Below are positions 45,502 to 63,687 of a DNA stretch of 64,000 nt, piece by piece. Numbering within the stretch: position 1 is the first letter of the stretch; every line of letters begins with the position of its first letter. Made by a program: the position numbers and the translations under genes. The stretch is taken from the NCBI RefSeq assembly GCF_009914755.1, contig NC_060926.1; one strand, written 5' to 3'. The stretch comes from the human T2T-CHM13v2.0 reference genome, Homo sapiens. The notes below the pieces were generated by a model, which searched no databases, was not told the origin of the DNA, and saw only the letters and a program-made list of their open reading frames with translations.

Positions 45502-45950
45502 TGAACAGGCTTGATTAGGTAAACAAAGCAGCCAGGAAGCTCCAACTGGGTGGAGCCCACCACAGCTCAAGGAGGCCTGCCTGCCTCTGTAGGCTCCACC
45601 TCTGGGGGCAGGGCACAGACAAACAAAAAGACAGCAGTAACCTCTGCAGACTTAAATGTCCCTGTCTGACAGCTTTGAAGAGAGCTGTGGTTCTCCCAGC
45701 ATGCAGCTGGAGATCTGAGAATGGGCAGACTGCCTCCTCAAGTGGGTCCCTGACCCCAGAACACCCTAACTGGGAGGCACCCCCAAGCACGGGCACACTG
45801 ACACCTCACACGGCAGGGTATTCCAACAGACCTGCAGCTGAGGGTCCTCTCTGTTAGAAGGAAAACTAACAAACAGAAAGGACATCCACACCAAAATCCC
45901 ATCTGTGCATCACCATCATCAAAGACCAAAAGTAGATAAAAACCACAAAG

Positions 45951-46771
45951 ACAGGGAAAAAACAGAACAGAAAAACTGGAAACTCTGAAAAGCAGAGCAC
46001 CTCTCCTCCTCCAAAGGAACGCAGTTCCTCACCATCAACAGAACGAATGACTTTGACAAGCTGAGTGAAGAAGGCAGACGCCTCAGGAGCTGATTCGATC
46101 AACTGGAAGAAAGGGTATCAGCAATGGAAGATGAAATGAAGCGAGAAGGGAAGTTTAGAGAAAAAAGAATAAAAAGAAATGAGCAAAGCCTCCAAGAAAT
46201 ATGGGACTATGTGAAAAGACCAAATCTACATCTGATTGGAGTACCTGAAAGTGATGGGGAGAATGCAAACAAGTTGGAAAACACTCTGCAGGATATTATC
46301 CAGGAGAACTTCCCCAATCTAGCAAGGCAGGCCAACGTTCAGATTCAGGAAATACAGAGAATGCCACAAAGATACTCCTCGAGAAGAGCTACTCCAATAC
46401 ACACAATTGTCAGATTCACCAAAGTTGAAATGAAGGAAAAAATGTTAAGGGCAGCCAGAGAGAAAGGTCGGGTTACCCTCAAAGGGAAGCCCATCAGACA
46501 AACAGCGGATCTCTCAGCAGAAACCCTACAAGCCAGAAGAGAGTGGGGGCCAATATTCAACATTCTTAAAGAAAAGAATTTTCAACCCAGAATTGCATAT
46601 CCAGCCAAACTAAGCTTCATAAGCGAATGAGAAATGAAATACTTTACAGACAAGCAAATGCTGAGAGATTTTGTCACCACCAGGCCTGCCCTAAAAGAGC
46701 TCCTGAAGAAAGCACTAAACATGGAAAGGAACAACCGGTATCAGCTGCTGCAAAATCATGCCAAAATGTAA
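45951..46771 (+). pseudogene. ORF1: LINE-1 ORF1, disrupted
   Basis: Start codon mutated to ACA; 13-bp and ~174-bp deletions near 46045-46075; TGA at 46628. Confidence 0.88.
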
Positions 46772-46834
46772 AGACCATCGAGACTAGGAAGAAACTGCAT
46801 CAACTAACCAGCAAAAGAGCGAGCTAACATCATA

Positions 46835-50706
<3,872 letters not shown>

Positions 50707-52906
50707 ACAATGAGATCACATGGACACAGGAAGGAGAATATCACACTCTGGGGACTGTTGTGGTGTGGGGGGAGGGGGAAGGGATAGCATTAGGAGATAT
50801 ACCTAATGCTAGATGATGAGTTAGTGGGTGCAGTGCACCAGCATGGCACATATATACATATGTGACTAACCTGCACAATGTGCACATGTACCCTAAAACT
50901 TAAAGTATAATAAAAAAAAAAGAAAAGTACAGGTTAACATCCCTGGTGAACATGTATGAAAAATCCTCAGCAAAATATCAGCAAACTAAATTCAATAGCA
51001 CATTAAAAGGATCATTCACCACGATCAAATGAGATTTATGCCTAGGAAGCAATGATGTGTCAACATACCAAAATGTATAAATGTGATATGCCACATTAAC
51101 ACAATGAAGGACAAACACCATAAGATCATCTCAATAGATGCAGAAATGCATTGGACAAAATTCAACATCTTTTCATGGTAAAGACTCTTGAGAAATTAGA
51201 TATAGAAGGAATGTACCTAAACAGAATAAAGGCAGTATATGGCAACCCCATTGCTAACATCATATTCAACGGTGAAAAGTGGAAAGCTTTTCCTCTAAAA
51301 CCAGGAACAAGACAAGGATGCCCACTATTGCCACTTTTATTCAATACAGTATTGAAAGTCCTAGCCCGAGCAATTAGGCAAGGGAAAAGAATAAAAGTCA
51401 TCTAAACTGGAGAGGAATAAATTGAATTGTCCCTATTGTCAGACGACATGATCTTATATACAAAAAATCCTAAAGACTCCACCAAAAAAAAAAAAAACTG
51501 TTAGAATAAATAAAGTAAGTAAAGTTGTAGGATATAACAGCAAAATACACAAATCTCTAGCATTTATATATACTAACAACAAACTACACAAATAAGAAAT
51601 CAAGAAAACTATTCCATTTACAATATCTACAAGATAGTCTTAGGAAAAAATTTAACCAGTGAGGTAAAAGATCTATATACTGAAAACAAAAATAATTGAT
51701 AAAATAAATGGAAAGGGCCACAAATTAATGGAAACATATCCTGTGTTCATGGATTGGAAGAATGGAAACCGGAAAAATGTCTATACTACTACAAATGATT
51801 CAATGTAATCCCTATCAACATTCCAATGGCATTTTTCACATAATAGGAAACAGAATTGTACAATTTATATGGAACCCTAGAAGATCCCAAAGATCCAAAA
51901 TATCTTGGTCCAAAAGAACAAAGCTGGAGGTATCATACTACCTGACTTCCTTCAAAGTATACTACAAAGCTATACTAATCAAAACAGCACAATACTGGTA
52001 TTAAAAACAGACACATAGGATAGAGAACTCAGAAATACATCCACATATTTACAGTCAATTGGTTTTTGACAAAGGGACCAAGAATTCACGATGGAGAAAG
52101 GACACGCTCATCAATAAATAGTGTTGGGGCTATTGGATATTCATTTGCAGAAAAATGAAATTAGATTCTTTTCTTATACCATACCCAAAAATAAACTCAA
52201 AATTGATTGAAAACTTAAATGTAGGACCTGATACTATAAAACAAGTAGTAGAAAACAGGGGATAAGCTCCATGAGATTGGTCTGGGTAATGATTTATTTT
52301 TATTTTTTGCATATGAACAAAAAAGTATGGGTAACTAAAGCAAAAATAGACAAATGGTATTATATCAATCTAAAAAACTTCTGCATAGCCAGGGACAGAG
52401 TGAAGGGACAATCTCCAGGATAAAAGTATTTGCAAACCACTTATATCATCAAGGGTTAATATCCAAAATATATAAGGAACTCAAACCACTCAATAGCAAA
52501 AAACAAATGACCTGATTTTAAAAATGGGCAAAGAATCTGAATAGACATTTCTCAAAATAAGACAAACAAATAGCCAATTAATATATGCAAAAATGCCCAA
52601 CATTACTGATCATCAGGGAAATGCAAATTTAAACCAAAATGAGATATTACTTTACACCTGGTAAAATGGCTATTATAAGAAAGACAAAAAAGTACATTTT
52701 GGCGAGGTTGTGGAGAAAAGCAAACCCTTGTACGCTGTTGATGGGAATGTAAATCAGTATAGCCAATGTGTAAAAGGATATAGAGGTTTCTCAAAAAATT
52801 AAATATAAAACTAACAGATGATTCGGCAATACCGCTACTGGGTACATATCCAAAGGAAATAAAATCAGTGAAAAGCTTTTTAAAGAGTAATTTTTTAAAG
52901 AGTATT

Positions 52907-53451
52907 TGAAGAAAAGAGTTAACATGGCATGTCTACAAATGCTATCCTCATAAGATCCTGCCTACAAGTTACAAGGGTTAACACTTGGCTGGCATCTGGG
53001 AACTTGGATATTGTGAAGGTTTCCTTCACCATAACTAATAACAGTGGTTCACGGTCCCTGAAACATCTGTACAAACAATATGTTTTATGCTATGCCAAAA
53101 ACCTGATTTTCCTGTGGAAGTCTGAAATTTGAATATGTGCTGGATAGAGGGTACCTACATGACTAGCACGCAACAAAAACTTGAAGACTGAGTCTCTAGT
53201 GAGCTTTTCTTGTAGACATTTCCCATGTGTTGTCACAACTCATTGCTTGAGGAATTAAGCACTTTCTGTGTTACTCTGGGACAGCCTCTTGATAGCTTGC
53301 ACCTGGTTTCCTACAAAGTTACTCCGAGTGCTGTTTTTCTTTGCTTTGTGCCATTTTGCTGCAGTAAGTTGGACCTGTGAGTGTGACTACATGCTGAGTC
53401 CTCCAAGTCTTCCTACTAAACCTGGAGATGGTCTTGGGCACCCCTGACACA
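52907..53451 (+). mobile_element. MER68 (ERVL) solo LTR
   Basis: 'cttggctggcatctgggaacttggat...ctgagtctctagtgagctt...gtgttgtcacaactc...ggtcttggg.acccctgacaca'. Confidence 0.8.
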
Positions 53452-53833
53452 GAGTGATAATACCTTTGTTGAAGATATTATGTAGAAACAGGCATTCTAT
53501 TGTATTCTGAGATTTTTTAATTTGTTATTTCTCAAGAATCCTTTGGGACTATGTATCAAAACTTGTTATATGTCTACCTTTTGATTTGATAATTGCGTTG
53601 CTTGAAATTTTATTTGAAAACATGAGAACACACATACACACACACAGCTTCTCAGTGTTATTCATAAACAGAAAACACTGGAGATTATTCACCATACAGG
53701 ACTGGATAAATAAGTTATGACACATCTAAGTATCAGCCATATTCTGTCCTGATTTTTGGTGTATCTATTTTAACCGGCTGATGCCCTTTTTCATGCCCTG
53801 TTAAAATATTTTATCATTTCCACTGGGTACATC

Positions 53834-54054
53834 TGTACAAGATACTATGCATACTATACATATGCATAGTATCTTGTACATATATATACTATATATATAG
53901 TAAATATATAGTATAAAAAATATATATTTATACATATATTTGATATACATTGATGTATATATAAAACAATGATATATCATGTTTTATATATATATCATTG
54001 TTTTATAACAATATATATATCATGTTTTATATATATATCATTGTTTTATAACAA
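53834..54054. repeat. Cluster of AT-rich inverted repeats plus a ~43-bp tandem duplication
   Basis: Perfect 20-bp arms 53834-53853 / 53861-53880; further inverted repeats and a doubled unit downstream. Confidence 0.9.
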
Positions 54055-55547
54055 ATTATTAAACAGACAAGCACTTCTCAAACTGCTCAAAGTTTGATTT
54101 GTTAATAGATTTTTTTAAAGCCTGCCACAAGATAATTTAGGTGAATATAGAAAATCATATCACTAAATAGCAGAACTTTGACAATTTTCTAAATATTTGA
54201 GTTGCCTGTCATTTATGATAAAAATGAATAGGCACCCATTGTCATAAAGCGGGAGATTGACTATGACCTTTGTTTTATTTTTTATTTTTTGGCCTGACAA
54301 AGCCCGTTCTTCTCAAAACCTCTTGAAAAGCTACTTAAACTTTTAATGAAGATTGAAGCCTCATGGAGACAGGAATCAAGGCCCTTAACCTCTTTGTTTA
54401 GAGGTTGGATGGTCTATAATTTTAATGAGTGGAGAATATCCTAATGAAATTCCACTTGTGGGAAAAAGCCCTAAAAAATTGTGTACAAACATCCCAATTG
54501 AGATGGCCAGGGGAAAGGTACATTTACTTATGATGGAACCAAAATTGTGTTGGCATCAATTTGTCTGCCACAGCCAGTGAAAAGCAAGGGATAATGGGAT
54601 AAACCATTGATTTTTAAAAGAAAAAACTACTTAAATAAACTATCATTTTATATAAAGGTGACAAAAGAGGTTCTGAAATATTCAGGGGCTCAAGTAACAT
54701 ATATTTAAACATATTGAAGATTTGCTGTAGTGACAAAGAGTTAGTACAATCAGAAATTTAGGACATACATCATGTAGATCAAACCTACTGAAAATATATT
54801 AAATTCTCCTTCTACCAGTGAGAACAAGGAAGCATATACTTAATTGAGTGTTCATTTAAATTAATGTTTTTAGGGCAATTCATAATGATCTTTTCTTTAG
54901 TTTAATGCTAAACCAGAGTTGAGATTTAAGATACTAATGACGCATACCATGTATGAAGCAGTATGTTAAACCATCACGCATCCACCAGAAAGAAAACCCA
55001 CTTCTAAGTGCCTTGAAGGTAGTTCCTCTTACTTCCCCTTACTGCAGACCTCCATAAAACAAACAAACAAACAAACAAACACCTCACATCCTGACTTTGG
55101 GGAGTAGCCTTCCTCTTTCCCTTAGAGGTGCTGTTTTCCCTTAGGCACAAGCTCTAATAAATCTTTCTCTATCTCTGTTATTGTGGTCTCACCTGATTTC
55201 TATCTCGAAGGACCACAAGAACCCTAGGCTTACAGTTCCAGGGGTTGGGACCTGATATTGTTGGGGGCCAGTACTCAGCCTATTACAGCTACAATCAACG
55301 AAACTAAGATGCACGTACAGAACAAGGCAAAATATTGAAAGCAGAATACAAAACTTAGAAACATATTTAAGCACAATAAGAATTCAGTTTTCAATGAGGT
55401 TGATATTTCAAATGAGTGGGAAAGGGCTTTATTAAACAAATAACTAGGCACTCAGAAAAAGGAAAAGTGGAACCTACCTTAAACTGTAAAATTAGAAGAT
55501 GTCATTTTGAACATCTTAAACCAGATGCATATATGAAAAATAAAACC

Positions 55548-55857
55548 GGCCCGTGCGGTGGCTCACACCTGTAATCTCAGCACTTTGGGAGTCTGAGGAT
55601 GGTGGATCACTTGAGGTCAGGAGTTCGAGACCAGCCTAACCAACGTGGTGAAACCCCGTCTCTACTAAAAATACAAAATTAGCAGGGCGTGGTAGCGCAC
55701 GCCTGTAATCCCAGCTACTTGGAAGGCTGATGAAGGAGAATTTCTTGAACCCAGCTGGCGGAGGTTGCAATGAGCCAAGATCACGTCATTGCACTCCAGC
55801 CTGGACAACAAGAGGAAAACCCCGTCTCAAAACATTTTTTTTAAAAAGAAAAAAAAC
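55548..55857 (+). mobile_element. AluS (Sq/Sp-like)
   Basis: Complete Alu body with 'cattgcactccagcctggacaacaagag'; A-rich tail. Confidence 0.92.
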
Positions 55858-56593
55858 ATATTTATAAATGAATAACAGTTGAACATTTTTATAAACTTGA
55901 AATAAATATATTACAAAGTAATACTGAAAAGAGAAGTTAAAAATGTGCATAAAATTTAAAATCTACATTTTAGAATGGTGATAAGATATTGTAAAAATTC
56001 AAAAGAAAATGACAGTTTATCAATCTACCAGCTTATATGTATTATAATGACATATAGCCGATTAGGATTTTTAATATATATTGGTACTTAGAAAAGATAA
56101 ATGTCTTAATAGAAAAATGCACAAAGAACCTGAAAATGAATTTCATAAATAAAAAAATACCAATGACTTATAAACTTATGGCCATATAAAAATTCACTGG
56201 CAGACAGAGAAATATCAATTAAAAATTAATGAGACATCAACAAATTATCAGTGAAGAAAATTTAAAAACATTTTTGTAACATGCACTGTAGGCGAAGTGT
56301 GATCAAATAAAATAGGCTGCTTCTACATTCATGGGTGTGTGTTAACTGCTACAAACCTACCCCAATATGGAACTAAATACCCTACTTAGTCATTTCACAA
56401 TTCTACTTCATGGAATTGATTCAAAGAAAATAATGAACACTGTTTGACTATGGGAATAGTCACTGAAATATTATAAAGTACGACAAATTTTCAACTGCAA
56501 GGACAAGTTAAGTGAATTGTGGTATGCCCTCATTGTTTAGCATGGCACAAATACTGAATATTTTATAGTGAAGAAACAGATAGTTGTAAGTAA

Positions 56594-57127
<534 letters not shown>

Positions 57128-57290
57128 TATTTTCTTTTCTTCTTTACTTTTCTTTCTTTTCTTTCCTTTCTTTCCTTTCCTTTCTTTCTTTCTTTCTTTC
57201 TTTTTCTTTTTCTTTCCTTCCTTCCCTTCTTTCTTTTCTTTCTGTCTCTTTTCTCTCTCCTTCCTTCCTTCCTCTTTTCTTTTCTTTCTT
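57128..57290. repeat. (TTTC/TTCC)n pyrimidine tract, expanded Alu tail
   Basis: ~160 bp almost purely C/T. Confidence 0.9.
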
Positions 57291-57555
57291 GTTTTGCTCT
57301 TGTTGCCCAGGCTGGAGTGCAAGTGGCACAATCTCAACTCACTGCAACCTCCACCTCCTGGGTTCAAGGGATTCTCCTGCCTCAGCCTTACTCAGTAGCA
57401 GGGATTACAGGCGCCCGCCACGACGCCAGGCTAATTTTGTATTTTTAGTAGAGACAGGATTTCATCATGTTGGTCAGGCTGGTCTCGAACTCCTGACTTC
57501 GTGATCCGCCTGCCTTGACCTCCCAAAGTGCTGGAGTGAGCCACCGCAGCTGGCC
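57291..57555 (-). mobile_element. AluS
   Basis: Alu body 'gctcttgttgcccaggctggagtgc...tggcc'; followed by a 17-bp TSD copy. Confidence 0.92.
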
Positions 57556-58589
57556 TATTTTCATTATTTCTTACTTATTCATGTATTTTCTTTTACTTTC
57601 ATTTAAAAATTACCTATAATGTTCATTCATTGCTTTTTCACAATAAAAATATTTTCCAACTGCATTGAAAATATATATACATTGATTTTGGGAAAAAAAA
57701 AAAGAATACATAGACCTATAAAGGAGAGACAGGAACTACCTGAAATCCAATCATGCCGAAAGAAACACAATCACAATTTTGGGGGTTGTCTTTTATTTAT
57801 TGATGCAAATATATAATTTATCCTATTTTCAAATATGCAAAACTACTGTTAACATTTTTTATCTTTTAGCACACTTTTATTTTCTTAAAGGTAAAAACCA
57901 GTATTCTGAAGTCCACTTCCAAATTCCTAGAACTGGTGTAGGATGATTCTAGAATATGCCATTACTTGCCCAAATAAGGTGGAATGTTGTCTGGCCAGGC
58001 CACTTTCCTGCAACACATTCCATCAGGAAACTCAGAAACAACAGGAACTGCTGAGCATTTTCTGCTGAACTTTTTTTTTCAGTTCAACTCAGAAAATAGA
58101 TGGCAATCTTCCCATTTTAAAAAGATGTTTTCCTCCATTTCTTTTCCATTTTAGCAGAGACAGTAAAGAATTCAAATTATATCATATCTCTGTCCTCCAC
58201 ACCAGCTGTGTTTTGTGTTTGTCAGATGCTTAGAGTGATTTTCAAACAGCTGGGTTTTCTCAACCATATTTTACCCCAATTATCTTTCTCCATGATCTTC
58301 AAAGCTATTTCAAACGATTTTTCCCCTGATTCAATACACATGTTTATAGTATAAAAAAAAATTTAGAAAATAGACAAGAAAATGATGAAGAAAATCAGTC
58401 AGCTATAATGACACCAACCAGTGATAAATAACATTAACATCCTTTTATCAGTGGTCAGTCTCCTGTACATACACATACATGCAATCCTATTGTACATTTT
58501 GTGTTGTAAGCTTTACACCTTATAAAATAGCTTTAATGGTTTCCATTTTTATTCAGTATTTTTCTAAGTGTGGACTTTGATGTTTGCAG

Positions 58590-59420
58590 TCCCTCACTCC
58601 CACTCGCCCCCTCCCCAGTGTTCCCTTATCAGTTATGTCAGCTCCTTCTTTTAAGTGCTCAGGACTAAAACCATGGACTCTTCCATGACTCTTCATTTTC
58701 ATAAACTACATCCAATTCTCAGAAAATCCTAGTAACTTTACTGGGGGGAAAAATTGTAACCTACATACTTCCTACCCTTCCCCTGCTAATCCCTCAGCCA
58801 GGCAATCACTAATTCTTGTCTTGTCTATGAGAGCAATTTCTCTTCTTCCATTCTTGCCTCCCCTACCTTTGGTTAAATGTAAGTCAGACCATGCACTCTT
58901 CTGCTTAGTGTCTGCCATGCCATACCATCACCCTGAAAATAAAAACCAAATACAAACCTTGGCCTACAAGAACCTGGACGAGTGGCCTTTGCTGCCTTCC
59001 TGATGTATTTCTTTTCTCTGCTTTCTCATGTGGATCCAGCCACAGTTACTTGCTTAATAATCCTTGGACATGCTGAGCTTGCTTTTGAGTGTCTTTGGAC
59101 ATTCTGTTTTTTCTGGATGTTAGACCTTTCCCAAGATAGCTTCATGGTACCTTTCCTCACTTTATACAGTTCCTATTCAAACCTCATAGACTCCTGCCCT
59201 GACCAACCTATAAAAAAAATTCATCAGCTGTGACTTGTTCTCCATTCTGCTTTACATTTCTTCATAGCATGTATCACCAGCTGATATTATGTTCCATATT
59301 GATTTACTCATTTTATTTTCTACATCCCCTACTAGAATGTAAATGAAATGAAGACAGAGATATTTTCAGTTTTTGTTAATCACTATATTCCCAACATCTT
59401 GAAAATGAGTGGCACTTCAC
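58590..59420 (+). mobile_element. L2a fragment
   Basis: 'taaatgtaagtcagaccatg...ccttggcctacaag...ttcttcatagca...ctagaatgtaa...gtggcac'. Confidence 0.7.
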
Positions 59421-60912
59421 ACTCACTCACTAACTGATGAACAATTCTCCTTTAATTGAACAGTTTTTGTTTTTTCTTGTAAGTGACAATTCCAATTCTT
59501 GATTACGTCTTAAGGGTAAATTCTAAAAAGCAAATTATTTTTAAAATTTGAACATTTTCTAAGATTATCCTCAATAACAGATTTTTCTAATTTATGCTTC
59601 CACCAAAAGAATATAACCTAATTTCACCAAAAGGATATAAAATAGAATAACTGTTTTCTTATAATCTTATCACACTGAGTTTTATTATTTTTGCTCTTAT
59701 GTTTTTGATTTGCTTGTAAGAATAGGTGCTTGTTTTAGCATATTAGCTATTATTGATAAAATTGTTTTGAGATCATTTATGTAAACAGCCTGCTGCATAG
59801 TGAGGTATTAATACAGGTTAATGAATAAACAAAAAATGTCTAAATATGTTCCTTTTGCCAAGAAGTCTTAAAATCTATAGAAATTATATTCCAAATATAA
59901 AAGTCTATGGTTTTTAACCTGCTGTAACTTAACTTCCTTATTTAGTTTCTATTTGTTTTACTAAAATATTAAAGTTCCTGCTTCAGTAGGATTATTGGCC
60001 CCTTAATGAAAAGGTGCTTTGAAATCATTGGCTAAACAATAAAAGCATGGAGATTACCTGTGAATGTGCTTTCTCAAGGAATTAAAATTTAAGAGGTTTA
60101 GTTCTAGTTATTACACAACATTACACACTATCTTACCATTGACACATACTGTGGGTTATTCTGAGAAATACCATACTATTCAATAGCACACCTGGTGATA
60201 TTGTAACCACTGGTTAAAAAAAAAGTTAATAACTAGATTCACTGAAAACAAATCAGATGTTTGGATGTGACTAATTGAAATATAGAAAGGAAAATGAAAA
60301 GTCCTTATTCTAACCAAGTCCCCTCACCCCACCCTGTGCAGCACCACACTTTAGCCTCCTCCTTACCTTTTACCAGCCATGAACCCTGGAATTTCCATAG
60401 TTAACTTCTTTCTGTTAAGGCTTTGCTGCAAAAGGTTATTACTAACATGCTTAAATATAGAGTTCCTGACATAGGCACCCAATGAATATGTTTTCAAGAG
60501 TGCATGAATTAATCTTAGCAGAGAAAAAATAAACATTAGCACCCTGTAGGTCTTTTGCCTTTGTATTTTATCCAATTATGTAGTTGCTACAAAGCAGCTT
60601 GCAGAGGCTTGAAGGTCCAAGATGGATGAATAGGCATTTTGAAGAGGAAAGTGTGAGCAAGGACAAAACAACATTGGCTGGGGACTCTTGGGAGGAAATC
60701 AAGCTGTCTGAGAATTCAGAGGTGGCAGCCAGACCATCGCCTCTACTCTACATTGCAAGCTTAGCTAAGGCCATTCATCTGATGGAAAAACCTATTCCCT
60801 TTGGCTCTCATTTCAGTCAGGAGGTCTACCTTGTTTCTGCCATGTACATGTCAGCAGGTGAGTGTGTTTATGTAAAATGCAAGGGTTAGCATAAGAGAGT
60901 TGTAAACACCAA

Positions 60913-61025
60913 AAGGGCTGACTTCATGTATGTATGACTTGTGCACCCATCTTTAGAAGGGTCCCATGTTTGCTCTATGAAATAATTTTTGAACAAAGTC
61001 ATCTCATTTTTATTTTACCTGTCCT
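60913..61025 (+). mobile_element. MER45A-like MITE
   Basis: 'agggctgacttcatg...tgacttgtgca...agaagggtccc...aataatttttgaacaa'. Confidence 0.55.
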
Positions 61026-61919
61026 GAACAACAGAAGGCAGCCAATTAGAATCCAAATTCTCAAGAGCCGAAAGCAAGCCTTCAAGTAGGAAGATTAGAA
61101 ATTTGCAGGGATGAAGGATAGGAAAACATGTAAAACTGAATTTCTTTCCTAGATCTTACTCATTGCTTTTATTATGTAATAGGTTTACTCCTTTACTTTT
61201 CTTATGTTAAGCCCCTTTTCCATACTCCCATTATACTAAATATGTTTCCTAAGAATTGTATTTCAAACACTGAGTTTATTTTTTTCCTGGAGCAATAAAA
61301 CATTAAAATAACTTATACTCCTTTTGATAGATGGAGTTATTTGAACTTCATAAAGCACTAAGAAAAATTTATAGGGTAACTGAATAATAAACACAGCTAG
61401 TGGAAGCCTTTGAGGTCTGGAAGGAGGAATGAAACAATGCATGCTTCCTCCTACCCCATATATCTAATCCAATTTTCAGATCTAGGATCCATTCTAGTCA
61501 CTTAAACACCACATAAACTTCTTTGATGTTTAATTATATTATGTATATGCCTGGCACTATAGAAGAACTGACAGAATGAAAACTTCATTGAGTGTTTTCC
61601 TGGCCACTAACCAATGAAATGCTCTCTGAGAAGGAATAGTGGTTAACAAATGCTGATAGGTGTAATGGCCCTGGCAGTAAATTCTCCATTCTTAAGAGAG
61701 TGTTGGGAAGGCCTGAGAGTGGCAGCTTGCTAAACTGTGGTTTAAATTGACTGGGAATACTTGCTAAGATTGAAATGAGATTTAATAGGCTCAGCATGGG
61801 TTTGATAAGAGCCTGTATTACCAAGAGACACTTAATTCAGTATAATTATTGGCTTTAGGTTATAGATGGGTTGCTTCCAGCCCCAACACTTTCCTATGAA
61901 GGAGACTGTTACAAATAAG

Positions 61920-62070
61920 CTTTCTTTCTTTCTTTCTTTCTTTTCTTTCTTTATTTCTTTTTCTTTCTCTTTTTCTCCTCCTCCTCCTCCTCTCCCTCCT
62001 TCTCCTCCTCCTCTCCCTCCCCCTCCTCCTCTCCCTCCCCCCCCCCTCCTCCTCCTTATTCTTCCTCTTG
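61920..62070. repeat. (TTTC)n then (CCT)n / C-rich low-complexity tract
   Basis: Direct inspection; the poly-Pro ORF 61866-62129 is its translation. Confidence 0.9.
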
Positions 62071-62220
62071 CATTAAGGCAGCTTTTATGTGCCTTAGTAA
62101 AGATGATATTAATATTTAATTATCATTAGTGGCCACACTGAATTTATACATTGAAATAGGATTTTTCCAAGTCAGATTGTGAGAACGTTTGCCCATTTTC
62201 TCTAAAAAAAAGACTCCTCA

Positions 62221-62424
<204 letters not shown>

Positions 62425-63004
62425 TTCCTCAGCTCCACTAAAGGAGGAATACATGTATATGTGTATATATTTCATTTGGAAAGGTATACCCAGGAAATCA
62501 CCCCACTGGGGAATTGTTTATAGGAATGATTTTTCTTTACATAAATCATCAGGAGTGGTATAATCTTGCTTCTGTCAGACAAGGACCATCTTTCATCAAA
62601 TGTCTCATAAGATGTCTTTTATCAGCCCTGCACTTGCTTGACTTTGTCTAATGTCAGAGAAATATAAAAGCCCAAGTCTGAAGACAATTTCATGACAGGA
62701 GATCCCCAAGACACAGAGTATAAAAATATTTATTGCTACTTTGTTCTTATGTGATATTCTTTCTGTTTCTATTTCATTTTTTAAAAATATATAATTTATG
62801 TATTTTAGGTGCAAACTAAATTCATGCGAACAGTAAAAAAAAATAATCTCAGACAGTACAAAATGATGAAGTAGGCCAAGTTAACTTTTGGTACATTTTT
62901 TTCTTTTGAGTTTTGTATTAGGACTGATTGATAGGCTTTAGGTTTTATTATCTCTGCAGAGGTGGGATGAGGCAGATTCAAAGGATGTTATTGTTTCAAT
63001 AAAC

Positions 63005-63420
63005 CTTTTTAAGAATAGTTTTAGATTCACACAAAGATTGTGAAGATACTACATAGAGTTCCCGTATTGCACACCCAATTTCACGTATTCTTACCATCTT
63101 ACATTACTAATGCACTGGTATTACATTGCCACAACTATGAACCAATTTGGCAATTATTAAGTAAAGTTCATTTATATTTTCTTAGTCTTTATCTAATTTT
63201 ATTTTCCTGTTCCTGGATCCCACATTATGTTTAGCTTTTATATCTCCTTATCCCCCTCTGGGCTCTGACTGTGTCTCAGACTTTCCTTACTTTTGATGAC
63301 TTTGAACGTTTTGAGGAGTCCTGGTCAAGTATTTTTCAACATGCCCTCAATTGGGATTTTTCTTATCTTGTTCTCATGACTATAATGAGGTTACAGTTTT
63401 TGGTAAAATACCATTTTCAT
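63005..63420 (-). mobile_element. L1MC/L1MD-type 3' fragment
   Basis: 'tttagattcacacaaagattgtgaagatactacatagagttccc...gtgtctcagactttcctt..ttttgatgac'. Confidence 0.65.
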
Positions 63421-63439
63421 CCAATCTATTTATTATTTC

Positions 63440-63640
63440 AATTTGTTTATTTTAAATTTGAAAAATAGAAAAAAGCTTATATAATAAGATATAAAGAAAG
63501 AATAACTTTTTACAGCTGTGAAATGTGTTTGCGTTTTAAGCCAAGTGTTACAACAAGAGAGTTAAAATGCTTAAAGAAGTTTACAAAGTAAAAGAATTGT
63601 AGTAAGCTAAGGTTAATTTATTATTGAAGAAAAAAGCTAT
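63440..63640. mobile_element. Tigger3-family fragment
   Basis: 'tacagctgtgaaatgtgtttgcgttttaagccaagtgtta...agtaagctaaggttaatttattattgaagaaa'. Confidence 0.7.
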
Positions 63641-63687
63641 TGGCTGTTTGTATTCTTTAACATGAGTATCTATTTTGTAACAATGTA

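Noticed and set aside
53834-53880. Hairpin as pre-miRNA or terminator
   Set aside because: Short AT-rich stem within a low-complexity palindrome cluster; no support for transcription or processing.
61866-62129. Poly-proline ORF
   Set aside because: Translation of a (CCT)n low-complexity tract.
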